This document shows positions 37,920-52,789 of a stretch of 64,000 nt of DNA, piece after piece. The stretch comes from Octopus sinensis (lineage: Eukaryota). The translations under genes and the position numbers were made by a program. The notes below the pieces were generated by a model that made no database searches, was not told the DNA's origin, and saw nothing but the letters and a program-made list of their open reading frames with translations. Numbering within the stretch: position 1 is the stretch's first letter; each line of letters starts with the position of its first letter. Location of the stretch: positions 69,502,001-69,566,000 of the forward strand of contig NC_043006.1 of NCBI RefSeq assembly GCF_006345805.1, given 5' to 3'.

Positions 37920-38122
37920 CTCTTTTATTCGTTTACTTGTTTCAATCATTTGATTGTGGTCATGCTGGAGCACCGCCTTTTAGACGAACAAGTCAACCCC
38001 AGGACTTATTCTTTGCAAGCCTAGTACTTATTCTATCGGTTTCTTTTGCCGAACTGCTAAGTTACGGGGACGTAAACACACCAACATCAACTATCAAGCG
38101 ATGGTGGGGGGAATGAACACAG

Positions 38123-38161
<39 letters not shown>

Positions 38162-38335
38162 ATATATTACACATATATACGACGGGCTTCTTTCAGTTCC
38201 CGACTACCAAATTCACTCACAAGGCTTTGGTCGGCCCGAGGCTATAGTAGAAGACACTTGCTCAAGATGCCACGCGGTGGGAATGAACCCGTAACCATAT
38301 GGTTGCTAAGCAAGCTACTTACCACACAGCCACTC
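37920..38335 (-). mobile_element. SINE family B
   Basis: Full structure. It lies head-to-head with a group C H1 head fragment at ~38402-38522. Confidence 0.9.
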
Positions 38336-38343
38336 TCACTATC

Positions 38344-38387
<44 letters not shown>

Positions 38388-39191
38388 CAGAGAGAGAGAG
38401 AGAGAAGCGCAATGGCCCAGCGGTTAGGGCAGCGGACTCGCGGTCACAGAATTGCGGTTTCGATTCCCAGACCGGCCGTTGTGAGTGTTTGAGCGAAAAC
38501 ACCTAAAGCTCCACGAAGCACCTCAAGTAATTTTATGTTATTTTACCTCCACTAAAACCATAGAGAACCACTTAAGAGATAGTCTACTAGAAATAGCAGT
38601 TAAATCCTCCTTAAATCATGACCAATGGCATAATGAATATTGTTTTAGAGAGTTCGTGCAAAAGTGATGAGTATGCTTATGGCTGGGGGACATTTGATTA
38701 TTGGTTTGTTAAACCATGACCCGAGACAAAGTAATGACCTCAACAATCACCCTCATCATGACGAACCAATAATGTGGGTACCGTGTGGTCGTTTGATTTT
38801 GCTAGAAATAGTATCAAAATTTCTTTCAAATCATGCACAACTCTCTTAGAAATGAAGGACACATTGCACAATATAGTTTCTGATATGGTCAAAGCCGGAA
38901 TGTCAGTAAACATGCCCGATGGAAGTTCGTACTCGTGGTCCTACTACAACTCATCATCATGATTCTGGAGATTCACAGGTTAAACGTGGCTTGATTCCAA
39001 GGTGAATGTCGACACTATAATAGCTCCAGTGTTGCCCTCTAGTCTAAACACCATCAACAACACAGGACCCTGTCTCCCATTACTTATCTAACAAATACTA
39101 CAGAGGTTTAGTCCCCACCAAGGCTTCACCTCGAATGAAACACACATTGTAAAGTTCAAATCTTCCAATATCTTACATTTTTCTGAGACAA

Positions 39192-39625
39192 AATCGTTAG
39201 CACGATGGACAAAATTATTTGAAGCATTTCATCAGTCTTTTCCCCTGAGTTCACATGCTGCTGAGCTCGAGCTTGCCTTTCATCTCTTAGGGGTCGATGA
39301 AATAAATGCCAGTTGAGCATTGGGGTCGATGTAATCGACTTAACCCCTCGTTCGAAATTGCTGGCCTTGTGCCAAAATTTGAAACCAATATTTAACAATT
39401 CTGTAAATGATTAATGAAACAGAAACTAACTGATAATCCTGTTTGCTGCAGCTGCAGATACAGGGCCTGAAATTTTGGGGAAGGAGCTTATCAATTACAT
39501 CGACCCAGAAAGAATGATAGTCGAAGTCAGCTTCGGTGGCATTTAAACTCAGAACGTAAAGGCAGACGAAATGCCACCAAGCATTTTGTCCGGCGTGCTA
39601 ACGGTTCTGCCAGCACGCCGTCTTA
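39192..39625. mobile_element. Two degenerate SINE family A copies in inverted, tail-to-tail arrangement
   Basis: Plus copy at ~39192-39387 and minus copy at ~39460-39625. Confidence 0.75.
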
Positions 39626-39702
39626 AAAAAGCACAGCAGCTATATATGGTTGTCAGGAAATCAGACAATAGCTCGATATTCGATCTTATATGTTGGTGCT
39701 AG

Positions 39703-39982
39703 TTCTTCCTTCTGGAGCTATGCCTGGCTCCTAAAGGCCGGTTTCCTGGTTTCATTGGCGTATAGGTTTCCCTCCTGGACGAGACGCCGGTTCGTCACAG
39801 GTGAGCTGCTAGTTGCAGGAGGAAAAAGTGAGAGAAAGGTGTAGCGAAAGAGTCAGCAGAAGTTCGCCATTAGCTTATGCCGGAGCCATGTGGAGCTTAA
39901 GTGTTTCGCCCGGTCTGTGATTCGAACCCGCGATCCCTCGACCGCGAGTCTGCTGCTCTAACCACTATACTACGTGCCTCCA
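39703..39982 (-). mobile_element. SINE group C, head H1 + tail T2, with TSD
   Basis: Head as at 28946 and tail as at 60138. Direct repeat atgttggtg(c/t)tag at 39690-39702 and 39986-39998. Confidence 0.82.
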
Positions 39983-42900
39983 CACATGTTGGTGTTAGAA
40001 AAATAGAGTTTCATAAGTAGACTGACCATTTAAATAAAAGTTTGTGTTTGACTAATGATATAACAAGGTGTTTAGTTCAAATCTCATTGGGGGTGAAATA
40101 ACATTTTTCTCTTTTTGATGATGTCAATAACAATAAGTAATAGCATAATACTAGCCAACATAGAAAGCATCTTGGTGGTCTCTCTACCTGCTAGAAATAG
40201 CGACCAAACAAGATATTAGTATGTTAAAAGTATGATATTATGGATAATATACTCTTGAACCTTTTGTCAAGTAAAACGACGAGATGGGCATGGTTGGCAG
40301 GCTTTGATCTTGGGTATGCTTGATTAGATCTAACATTGGTTTAAACAGCATCAGTAGGCTGACTATCTTATTTTATCAAAATTCAAAATCAGAAACAAAG
40401 ATTAAGTATATTATACATATATATACACCACATTACTCATACACACATATATATACGCAACGTTACATATGGACATACAAAATACACAACCGATACACAC
40501 ACACACACATATATACATAGCAACCCACAAATACACATTTCATACTGTTATGCACACATAAATACAGTCATATAATCATACGAAATTACGCTCAGACAGA
40601 CATACACACACACACACACACACAGAAATATTAAATGTATATCGACACATACAGAATAACACTCGCTGTTAAATGTTATACGTACACAGATATACATACA
40701 AATATACACAGCTATACACACACATATACACAGCTACACAAACATGTTCACACGTATGATTACTCTCGCGAAACTAAAACGTAGGCGTAATCATAAACAT
40801 ATTCCCACACACACACACACACACACACACACGGAGTTTTGAAGATTCAACCAAAACTCTTTGTGTTTGTGTGTAGATGTTTTGTTTGTTTAAGTGGTAA
40901 AACAAAGAAACACTTCCATTTCCAAACACCAAAGATTCAAAATATTCGAAGGTATTGTAAAATTTGATGGCGATGGGTGTAGATGTGTGACAGAGAGCGC
41001 CGCAATATGGCGACAAATACAGAAATACGTTAAATAAGATTTGTAACAGAGACAACCGCTAGATGTCGGTAAAGACAAGAATACATTACATTAGGTTTAA
41101 TGGATGAAAATGGAATAGCAACTGATAGAAAACACTTGAAATTGAAGTAGATCTAATACAATACAAATTAAATTGCTTAGATATTCGGTGATATTGGGAG
41201 AGATCGATACAGAGTGGTAGGTAGGTTAGCAGAAGGGTGGGCAGGTAGCAAGCTAGGGAGAAAGGTACGTAAGCAACTGAGATGGTAGGTAAGCAGTTGG
41301 GAAGACGGGTAGGTGTATAGGTAAGTAGATAGGTAGGTACAGAGGGAGAAATGTAGGTAGTTAAGTAAGATCGTGGAGATGTAGTTAGATGGCTAAGAAG
41401 ACAGGTAGAAAGATAGTTAGGAAGTATGTAGGTAGCGAGGTAGATAAGTAGATTGTTTGGTGTGCAGTTAGGTTAATTGATAGGGAGGGATGGAAGTAGG
41501 TAAATAATTGTATTGATCAGGAATAGTTAGGTAAACACACAAACTCATACACACGCGCTCGAGCGCGTATGTAAATGCGTGCAGTAAATATGCAGGTATG
41601 CTGTCATATATATTGATAGACAAACAGCCAAATGCGGAGATAGGTGCCTGTGCGTACGCATGTGTGACTATGTGTTCGTGTGTGTGTGTTTGTATGTGTG
41701 TGTGTGTGTGTATGTGTGTATGTGCGTGTGTGTGTGCGTGTGTATGTGTGTGTGTGTGTTCTTGACGAAAGGGAAATTAGGCTTTGTAAAATAGACACTT
41801 TATAAACTAAAGATGGAAAGACTACTTTACATTTAATCAGAAAAAAATGTAATATTGAATATTGAAAGTTGGGAAATTAATTGGAATCGATAGTACATCA
41901 TGGAGAAGCTGTAGACGCGAGTCGTCAATGTATTTTGAAGAAAATCGAATTAAACGTGCAAAATTGAAATGAGATGCAAGGAAAGGATACCCTATAGGTA
42001 TCAATAATATCTTCAAATGTTCAACCTGTGTCTGAGTTTTTCTATCAAAGGCTGGTCTTGTTGACTTCTCGAGGATACATGTACGAAAGCAAGTTAATTA
42101 CAACAGATCGTTGTAACCTGCAAGGGCACATATCTGTTGTTTTTCAAATAGCAGTGTTAAAAGACGACTGGCTTTCTGTACAGAAGGCAAGCTGTCATGA
42201 TTCTGTATTACATTCAACTATGCCAGCTTGAGCATAATCCTATGAACCAAAAGAAAAAGAAAACGAAGGATAAAAAGAGACCCACTTACTGTAATGTGTT
42301 TTCTTTTTGCATGACACAATTGCCCAAGGTTCCCGTGGTCTTTTCCGTAGGCTTTTCTATCCACGGACAAACCTAATCTGTTTTCCCTTTTTACATTGAC
42401 ATTTCTGCGATACACGATCCCTATTGATCGGCCCCACTTTTTTTCACGATTCCCTTTGATCAGAATTCGCCCCTCACTTTTTTTTTCCTTTCACGACCCC
42501 TTTTAATCGGAATTCGCCCCCATATTATTTTTTCCCCTTCTCTTCTTCCTAAAAGGAAAAATTCTACTTTGTATTTTGTCCCTGTTGTGTTTAGCCCTGC
42601 GTGGCCAATAAAGAAATCTATTTCTTTATTTAACCGAGTATAGGCAGTTATATCATATCTGTGACAAAAGCTTCGGATCATTAGCTCAGTAGAAAATACT
42701 TCCCTTTGCGGTTCATTAATGAACATCGTACTTAATAATGAGCTGACTTCCATAATCAATCATACACCTGCAAAAATTTACCTATCTCTCTACAGAGACA
42801 CATCGACACATGTATTCTCTATTACGCACTTCATTCATTTGACTCTGACCATGCTGGGGCACCGCCTTCAAAAATTTTAAGGAAATCGACCCCAGGACTC

Positions 42901-43839
42901 ATTCTTTGTCAGTCTAGTACATATTACATCGGTTTCTTATGCCAAGCCGCTAAGTAACGGAAAAACACAAACATAAACACACACACGCACATGTATATAT
43001 TCTCATTCAGTATGGAGGCAAGTAGTAAGTTCCCATGTGGAAAGCTTGATAATTGTTGAGAGATCCCTCTACATGAAACCATTGGTAGCCTTATTAACCT
43101 ACAGAAAAAGTGTGTGTGTGCGTGCGTGAGAGAGAATCTGTGTGCGTATGTTCATGCGTGCCCTTTTTCCTTCTTTTCCATCATTTCTTTCTTCGTCTCT
43201 CACTTTTTCTCCTTCGTATTGGTTTGCCTTTTCCCAACATTTCCCCTTTTCCTACTTCATGTACACACAAAGTTTATGACTGATGAACTGGTACGTTGGC
43301 CTGCTGCCATTACAAATTACTCTTTCTTCCAGAAACGTAAGAGCTAATAATGACTAAATATCGTTAGGCATACCTCTGCACATGCAATGTATGTAAGCAA
43401 TCCACTTTAAAAACAACGAACAACCGGATGTGAGACTGTTTTTAGCAGACCCCAAATGGACTTCATTTTAAATATCTCCTCTTTTGTATTAATTACAAGT
43501 AATATGTAATGTTGGAGGTATACAAATTTTCTCAGCGAATTAAGCACTCTACTTTACTTTCGCACTATTTTATAGCGATATTTTTCTTACAATCCTTCAT
43601 ACAATTAAATCATTTCTCGTCGTATCAAAATACAGAATATTATGTAGTCTACCTTTCCACTCTCTCACCACAATTTATACCCTATACAAATTCCCCACCC
43701 TTTTCGATGTAATACGAAATTTCTATACCTGATCTTAGAAAACAGTCTCCCTCATTGTTAACTCCATCAACAAAACTATGTATGTCATTCGTTCGATAAA
43801 CTTGCATAGAGCGACTAACAGGGATTTTATTTATATTTA

Positions 43840-44313
43840 AAGCTATATATATATATAGATAGATTTTATATATATATATAAATATACATAGATTTTATAT
43901 ATATATATAAATATACATACGTACGTATATATGGTGGCTGCCCCCTCGTTATCGTGTATGGCCATTGCACGAAGCTTAAGCTATGTACGTATATATACAT
44001 ACCTATATACATACATATATATATATATACATATACATACAATACATACATACATACATATGCATACATATATACATGCGTACATATATACATGCATATA
44101 TATATATATACATATACATACATATATACATATATATACGATACATACATATATACATATATATACGATACATACATATATACATATATATACGATACAT
44201 ACATATACAATACATACATATATATACCATACATATACAATACATACATATATATACAATACATACATACATACATATATATACAATACATACATACATA
44301 CATATATATACAA

Positions 44314-44349
<36 letters not shown>

Positions 44350-46106
44350 ATATATACACATATATATATATATATACAATATATACACATATATATATAT
44401 ATACAATATATACACATATATATATATATACAATATATACACATATATATATATATATATACAATATATACACATATATATATATATATACAATATATAC
44501 ACATATATATATATATATATATACAATATATACACATATATATATATATATACAATATATACACATATATATATATATATATACAATATATACACATAAT
44601 ATATATATATAATATACATATATACACTATATATATATATATACAAGATAATATACACATATATATTATTATATACAATATATACACATATATATATATA
44701 TAATACAATATATACACATATATATATATATATATACATATATACACATATATATATATATATACAATATATACACATATATATATATATATATACAATA
44801 TACACACATATATATATATATATACAATTATACACATATATATATATATATATACAATATATACACATATATATTATATATATACAATATATACACATAT
44901 ATATATAATATATCAATATATACACATATATATATATATATATATACAATATATACACATATATATATATATATATATACATATATACACACATATATAT
45001 ATATATATATACAATATATACACATATATATTATATATATATATATATACAATATATACACATATATATATATATATATACAATATACACATATATATAT
45101 ACAATATACACATATATATATACAATATACACATATATATATACAATATACACATATATATATACAATATACACATATATATATACAATATACACATATA
45201 TATATATACAATATACACATATATATATATACAATATATACAATATATATATACAATATACATATATATATATACACAATATATACATATATATATACAA
45301 TATATACATATATATATATACACAATATATACATATATATATATACAATATATACATATATATATATACAATTATACATATATATATATATATACACAAT
45401 ATATACATTATATATAATATATACACAATACATCCTATATATACCATATATACATAATATATATATATACAATATACATATATATATATATACAATATAT
45501 ACATATATATATATATACAATATATACATATATATATATATATCAATATATACATATATATTATATATATAGTATATATAATACATATATATATATATAA
45601 TAATACAATATACATATATATATATATACAATATATACATATATATATATATACAATATATACATATATATATATATACAATATATACATATATATATAT
45701 ATACAATAATACAATATATATATACAATATATACATATATATTATATACAATATATACATATATATATATATACAATATATACATATATATATATATACA
45801 ATATATACATATATATATATATATACAATATAATACTATATATATATATATACATATATAATATATATATATAACATATATATATATATATATATATACA
45901 TAATATATTATACAAATATACATATATATATACAATATATACATATATATATATATACAATATATACATATATATATATATACAATATATACATATATTA
46001 TATACAATATATACATATATATATATATACAATATATACATATATATAATATATACAATATATACATATATATATAATATCCAATATATACATATATATA
46101 TATACA

Positions 46107-46151
<45 letters not shown>

Positions 46152-46279
46152 ATATACATATATATATATATATACATAATCATATAATATATTATACAAT
46201 ATATACATATATATATATATATAATATACAATATATACATATATATATATATACAATATATACATTATATATATATACA

Positions 46280-46310
<31 letters not shown>

Positions 46311-46388
46311 CAATATATACATATATATCTATATATATACAATATATACATATTATATATATACATATATATATATATACAATATTAC

Positions 46389-46419
<31 letters not shown>

Positions 46420-46571
46420 CATATATACATATATATATATACATATATACATTATATATATATACATATATATATATATCAATATATACATATATATATA
46501 TATATATACTCATATACATATATTATATATACATATAATATACTACATATATACATATATATATATATACA

Positions 46572-46605
<34 letters not shown>

Positions 46606-47440
46606 AATATATACATATATTATATATATATATATAATACAATATATAATATATATATATATATATTATAATATACTATTAATATATACAATATATATAT
46701 AACATATATATAATATACAATATATACATATATATATATATATATACATATATAATATATACATATATATATATATACATATATATACATATATAATATA
46801 TACATATATACATATATATTACAATATATACATAATATTAATACATATATATATAATACAATATATACATATATATAGATATACAATAATCATATATATA
46901 TATACATATATATATATATACAATAATACCTATATATTATATACAATATATACATATATATATATATATATATTCAATATATACATAATATATATATATA
47001 TATACAATATATACATATATATATATATACAATATATACATATAAATATTATATATATATACAATATACCTATATAGATAATATATATATAATACAATAT
47101 ATACATATATATATATATTACAATATATACCTATCTATATATATATATACATATACAATATATACATATATATATATATATACAATATATACATATATAT
47201 ATATATACAATACATACATATATATATATATACAATACATACATATACAATCATATACACAATACATACATATATATATACAATCATATATACATACGCA
47301 CATACATACATACATACATACATACGCACATACATACGCACATACATACGCACATACATACGCACATACATACGCACATACATACGCACATACGCACATA
47401 CATACGCACATACATACATACATACATACATACATACGTA
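43840..47440. repeat. ~3.6-kb TA-rich satellite with higher-order unit TACAATATATACA(CA)TATATATATA..
   Basis: Recurrent CAA and CA punctuation every ~22-30 bp within (TA)n. Source of the 200-340 aa YI-repeat ORFs. Confidence 0.96.
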
Positions 47441-47813
47441 TATAGTTAAGATGTAGTAAATTATTAAATAATACTTCACAAAATTAAAAACTATAGAAGT
47501 ATAAATTTAAATATGTTTGCTTCACATTAATTCTCTAATTCTCTCTCCACCTCTCACTCACTCACGACCGCACACTGAAAGAAAGAAAGGAAAGAAAGAA
47601 AGACAGAGAGTGAGAGAAGGAAAGAGGGTGAGAGAGAGAAGGAAAGAGGGAGAGAGAGAGAAGAAAGAGGGAGAGAGAGAGAAGGAAGAGGGAGAGATCT
47701 GTATTTATAAGTACCGTTACGAATTCGAAGAGAAAATTATATTTTCAAGTGTCTCTTCATATTAGCAGAAGTATATGATATATATATATTATATATATAA
47801 TATATATATATAT

Positions 47814-47860
<47 letters not shown>

Positions 47861-48049
47861 TTGTGTATATGTATGTATATATGTGTGTATATATATTTAT
47901 GTATATATATATACATATATATATAATATATACAAATATATACATATATATTTATATATAAACATATATATTTTATAAACTGTAAATATATATTATATAT
48001 ATATATATATATATAAACATATTTATATAACTGTAAATATATTTATGTA

Positions 48050-48098
<49 letters not shown>

Positions 48099-48407
48099 TG
48101 TATATATATATAGTCATGTATGTATATACATATATATATGTGTGTATGTGAATGTGTAAATATGAATATATTATTGTATATATTATGATATTACCACTCT
48201 AAATCTGACTCGTTTCAGTTTCATTGAGCCTCTTGCTAATGGCTTTTCACACAAAAAAATTATTTTCGCCTTCATAGTAAATAGCTATCGATATAATTTT
48301 TCTCCCTCAGTTTGCATCTCCCACCATCTTTCTCTCTCTCTCTCATTGCACATATGTATATGTGTGTATGAATGGATATATATATGTATATATTTTTATG
48401 TATGCAC

Positions 48408-48443
<36 letters not shown>

Positions 48444-48724
48444 GTACATACATACATACATACATACACACGTGTACTCAGTGTATGTTTATATCTGTAT
48501 TGTCCCTGTCTTTGTGTCTCTTTATCTTCATAATGTGTATTTATTCCCCCATATTCTACCACACCCCTCTCACACATTTTTCTCTTTAACTGCTTCCTTT
48601 TGTTATACTCTCTCTCTTTCTCTCTCTCTCTACTTCCTCCTCCTCCATTTCAACTCAACTACACTTGTCACTCTTTGCACCATCTCAAAATATTTTTACT
48701 TTCGGACAATTAAGTTTTAAATAA

Positions 48725-48783
48725 AAGATAATGGCACAGGGGAAGATAATGGCACAGGGGAAGATAATGGCACAGGGGAAGAT
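48725..48783. repeat. 18-bp tandem repeat x3.3 (AAGATAATGGCACAGGGG)
   Basis: Exact copies visible. Confidence 0.92.
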
Positions 48784-48912
48784 GCTAGTGGAAGCAGCAG
48801 CAGTAGTAGTAGTAGTAGTAGTAGTAGCAGCAGCAGTATTAGTAGTAAGTGAAGGAGAAGAAATGGAGTGCTTTCTATAAAGACGAAGAGATGACAATAC
48901 GACGACGGAGAT

Positions 48913-49316
48913 TACTCTTTTACCTATTTCAGTCATGTGACTGTGGCCATGCTGGAGCACCGCCTCTAGTCGAGCAAATCGACCCCAGGACTTATTCTTT
49001 GTAAGTCTAGTACTTATTATATCGGTCTCTATTGCCGAACAGCTAAGTTAGGAGACGTAAACACACCAGCATCGGTTGTAAAGCAATGTTGGCGGGACAA
49101 ACACACACACACACACACACACACGGACTTCTTTCAGTTTCCGTCTACCAAATCCACTCACAAATCTTTGGTCGGTCGAGGCTATAGTAGAAGACACTTG
49201 CCCTAGGTGCCACGCAGTGGGACTGAAACCGGAATCATCTGGTTCGTAAGTAAGCTATTTACTAAGGGCGGTGCTCCAGCATGGCCACAGTGAAATGACA
49301 AACAAGTAAAAGAGTA
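48913..49316 (-). mobile_element. SINE family B whose extreme 5' end is replaced by an inverted copy of the 3' tail
   Basis: 48913-48970 and 49261-49316 are imperfect inverted repeats. Confidence 0.85.
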
Positions 49317-49795
49317 TTATTATTATCCTTTCCACTAAAGGCACAAAAACTAGCAATTACTGGGTAGAAGGCCAACAATTTCTGGGTACTTATTTTATCG
49401 ACCCGAAAGGGTGAAATGCAAAGTCAATTTTGGCGGAATTTGAACTCCGAACAAAGACGGACGACATGCCGCTTAGCATTTTGCCCGGGGGTGGGGGCTA
49501 ACGATTATGCCAGCTCGCCACTAACAATAATCATAATAGTTTTACATTTTGGTACTAGGCCAGCAACTTCAACGAAGGGCTAAGTCGAATTTATCGACCC
49601 AGTGCATAACTGGTACTTATTTGATATCAGTTACAACAATTTCCACTATAAGCACAAGGCCTGGAATTTTTATAGGAGTAAAGGAGCTAGTCGACTGTAG
49701 TACTTAACTAGTAATAATAATAATAATAATAATAGTGGAAGCACAAGGCCTGGAATTTGTGGGAAGGCAACTAGTCGATTACATCGAACCAGTGT

Positions 49796-51081
49796 CCCTT
49801 CCACTACAATCTAGATAAAAGACACTCCAACCTGCTCAAGTAATAACCGGGTCAGGGCATGAAGGCCAGGCGGTAAATAATAACGGAGGCGATGTAAGCA
49901 TTCGCTACCTCTGCTCGACCTAAACTTTGTGTTTAGCAGAGCTATGGGCTGAAAACTCTCTTGTACGTCCCCATTGTTGCCGTCCTTCCTCAGCAGTGTC
50001 ACCACACATCTGCTAACAGCACTACGAATTCTCCATTCTGTTGCCAGTTGCAGTAGACGTCTGCCAAGGGATCGCTTAACAAGTCTGACATGAATACTTA
50101 GAATTCATAGGGTAGACCATCCAAACCGGGTGATCTGCGACTTGTGCACTCACTCATTGCCTCCAAATTTCAGTGCCTGTTATCGGCCTTTCACAAAACC
50201 TCGCGTCAGCTGCCCAGAGCCACATCGAACCGTCCAGGTACGATCCAAAGTCCAGTTCCGTCGTTTACCTATCACCCTCTTCAAACACCTGCGCCAAGTG
50301 CTGCTGAAAAGCCGCACACATCTGCTCGGAGCCGCGAAAACGGGCCCATCCCGATCCGTCAAAAACCTGATTGTGGTTTCGTTCCCATGTCGCGACGCAA
50401 CCGCTCGGACTCATCAGACAACTTCATTTCCTTCCTGTTTGAGTGCACAGGGCTTAGCTCTGACAACGCAACCTTCGTGTTTCGCTTTGAAGGAATAGTC
50501 AAGGGTCATTCTCGCCGCTAATACATCGGCCGTAATGCCCTCTTTAATCGCCTCTTCTAATTTGCTAACTAGTTCAGCCTCTAATTTATACCTTTCTATT
50601 GCTAACTCTTTGTTAAACGCTATCGATTCTGCTCTAATCGCCGCTTCAGTGCGGCCCACCGCCAGTTGTTGATTGTCCCCGTTAAATGTCATAAGTAGTT
50701 CATTAATCCGGTCCCTATAGTCTTTGTACGTCGGAAAAGACGCGTTTAACTTCCAGTAACCGTGTCTCTGTCTACTTAACTCGACTGTGTAGATCACAAA
50801 CTTGTGGTCTGTGTAGGAGACCAATTTAAATTGTGGACGGCCTACATTATGCCTATCCTCTGATCTAACAAGTACTCTATCTAGATACGATCTGGATGAC
50901 ACATTGTGGTTGCTCCATGTCCACACTGACACATCATGGAAATCCAGTCGATATCTATCAGACAATTGGAAGAGTAGGTTTTCGAGGCTTTTGCACCCCT
51001 TCTTCTTTGTACTAGCCCAACACAGTCCTTCTGTGCGTCCAAAATCCCATTCCAGACACAAGTTCCAGACAGAAGTTTTAC
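49796..51081 (-). mobile_element. Tx1/L1-clade LINE ORF2 pseudogene fragment (endonuclease C-terminus, linker, RT start; RT core deleted)
   Basis: Minus-strand motifs: WTWSN..SRSYLDRVLV..TDHKFV..GYWKLNASF; SPGLDGLPYEF (~50101-50133); VTLLRK..FQPIALLNTKF; then directly GRAEVANAYIASVIIYRL. Confidence 0.9.
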
Positions 51082-51171
51082 GTGGAAGAAACTAGTCGAT
51101 TACATAGACCCCAATGTATCACTGGTACTTAATTTATCGACCCCGAAAAGATGAAAGGCAAAGACCTTGGC

Positions 51172-51216
<45 letters not shown>

Positions 51217-51655
51217 TCTGCTACTACTACTGGTGGTGGTGTTGGTTTAAGTGAAAGAAATTATGAAGATGCTGCTGCTGATAATCACGATGATTACATT
51301 AATATAAACAATAGCACCAACAAGAGAGGAAGGGAGAGAGAGAGAGAAACAGACAGAGTGGGGAGAGAGAGAAAGGATAATCGGAAATGTATGACGTCAT
51401 TCCTTTATACATAAAAACACATCTTATTTACATATACACACCGCTGTGAGGATAAACACACAGGTACTTGCTTACATGTATACACACACAAAAAAAAAAT
51501 AAACAAATAAATACAGGTATTCATCGACATAACGCAGAAATGCACACGAACAACAGACATTATTTATATAGATAAAATTATGGATATAAAGATTTACATA
51601 TATACACACTCACACATATGCTCAGATACGTATATATTCACTCACATGTACTCAC

Positions 51656-51678
51656 ACATATGTATATTGGCCAATCAG

Positions 51679-51736
<58 letters not shown>

Positions 51737-51838
51737 CATACATACATACATACATGCATGCATACGTACATACATAGAAAGAGCGAGAGAGAGAGAGTGG
51801 TAGACAGAAATACAGACATATGTATATTGGCCAATCAG

Positions 51839-51904
<66 letters not shown>

Positions 51905-51979
51905 CATACATACATACATACATACATGCATGAATACGTACATACATAGAAAGAGCGAGAGAGAGAGAGTGGTAGACAG
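51656..51979. repeat. ~160-bp tandem duplication containing (GATA)n/(CATA)n/(GA)n
   Basis: acatatgtatattggccaatcagtag...gagtggtagacag starts at 51656 and again at 51816. Confidence 0.9.
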
Positions 51980-52146
51980 GCAGACGGACAAAGGGATTGG
52001 CAGACAGATAGGCAGACAAAGCGATTGACCCACAGGTAGACACAGAGAAAGAGACGAACAGACAAATAAAACAGATTGACAAATATTGAGACATAAACGT
52101 TGACAGACGAACAGGCAAACAGATAGATAGATAGATAGATAGACAT

Positions 52147-52209
<63 letters not shown>

Positions 52210-52789
52210 TGTGTGTAGACGATGATATTTTAAGATGTATAGTTTTATAAACACACACACAATTATATGTACAGATATTCGTACATACGCACGCTTACTG
52301 ATAACATACAATACTGACGTTTCATTTCACTTGCAGACTAACTCGTACACATATATACATACATACGCACACACTTAAGACCTATTCAATTAACAACCAT
52401 TGAATTTCGTAAATATTAATAAAAACTGAAAACGAAAAAAAGAAAAGAAAAGAAACGGCTAAAAATGAAGGAGATTAGAAAAGCTCTGGATATATTTATT
52501 ACAGTTTGACAGAAGCATTAAGCAGACTTGGAAGATGGCGGTTAAGAGAGGGGCGAAGTAAGAGGAGATAATAATAGAAGGAATGAAGGAGAGGAGATAG
52601 AAAAGGCGGGAAACCGTTGCATCGACTACAGGAAATGTCAGTTTTTCATTAAAATTGAGGCTAATTCTTGTTTAATTTGGAGAAGAAAGAAAGGTGAAAA
52701 TATTGTCGAGAAAACGACTTATTGTCATTTTCAAATAATAGAACAGGAAGTATAGTTTGGGATTTAATGGTTCTTTATGATGTTAAGTA

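Noticed and set aside
42218-42415. Minus-strand ORF with a GTAAGT donor near 42285 as the upstream EAAT exon
   Set aside because: The peptide lacks TM3/HPG/DLIR features, is not hydrophobic, and has no good acceptor.
43866-47479. Longest ORFs in the track (up to 337 aa)
   Set aside because: Satellite DNA with no protein-like composition.
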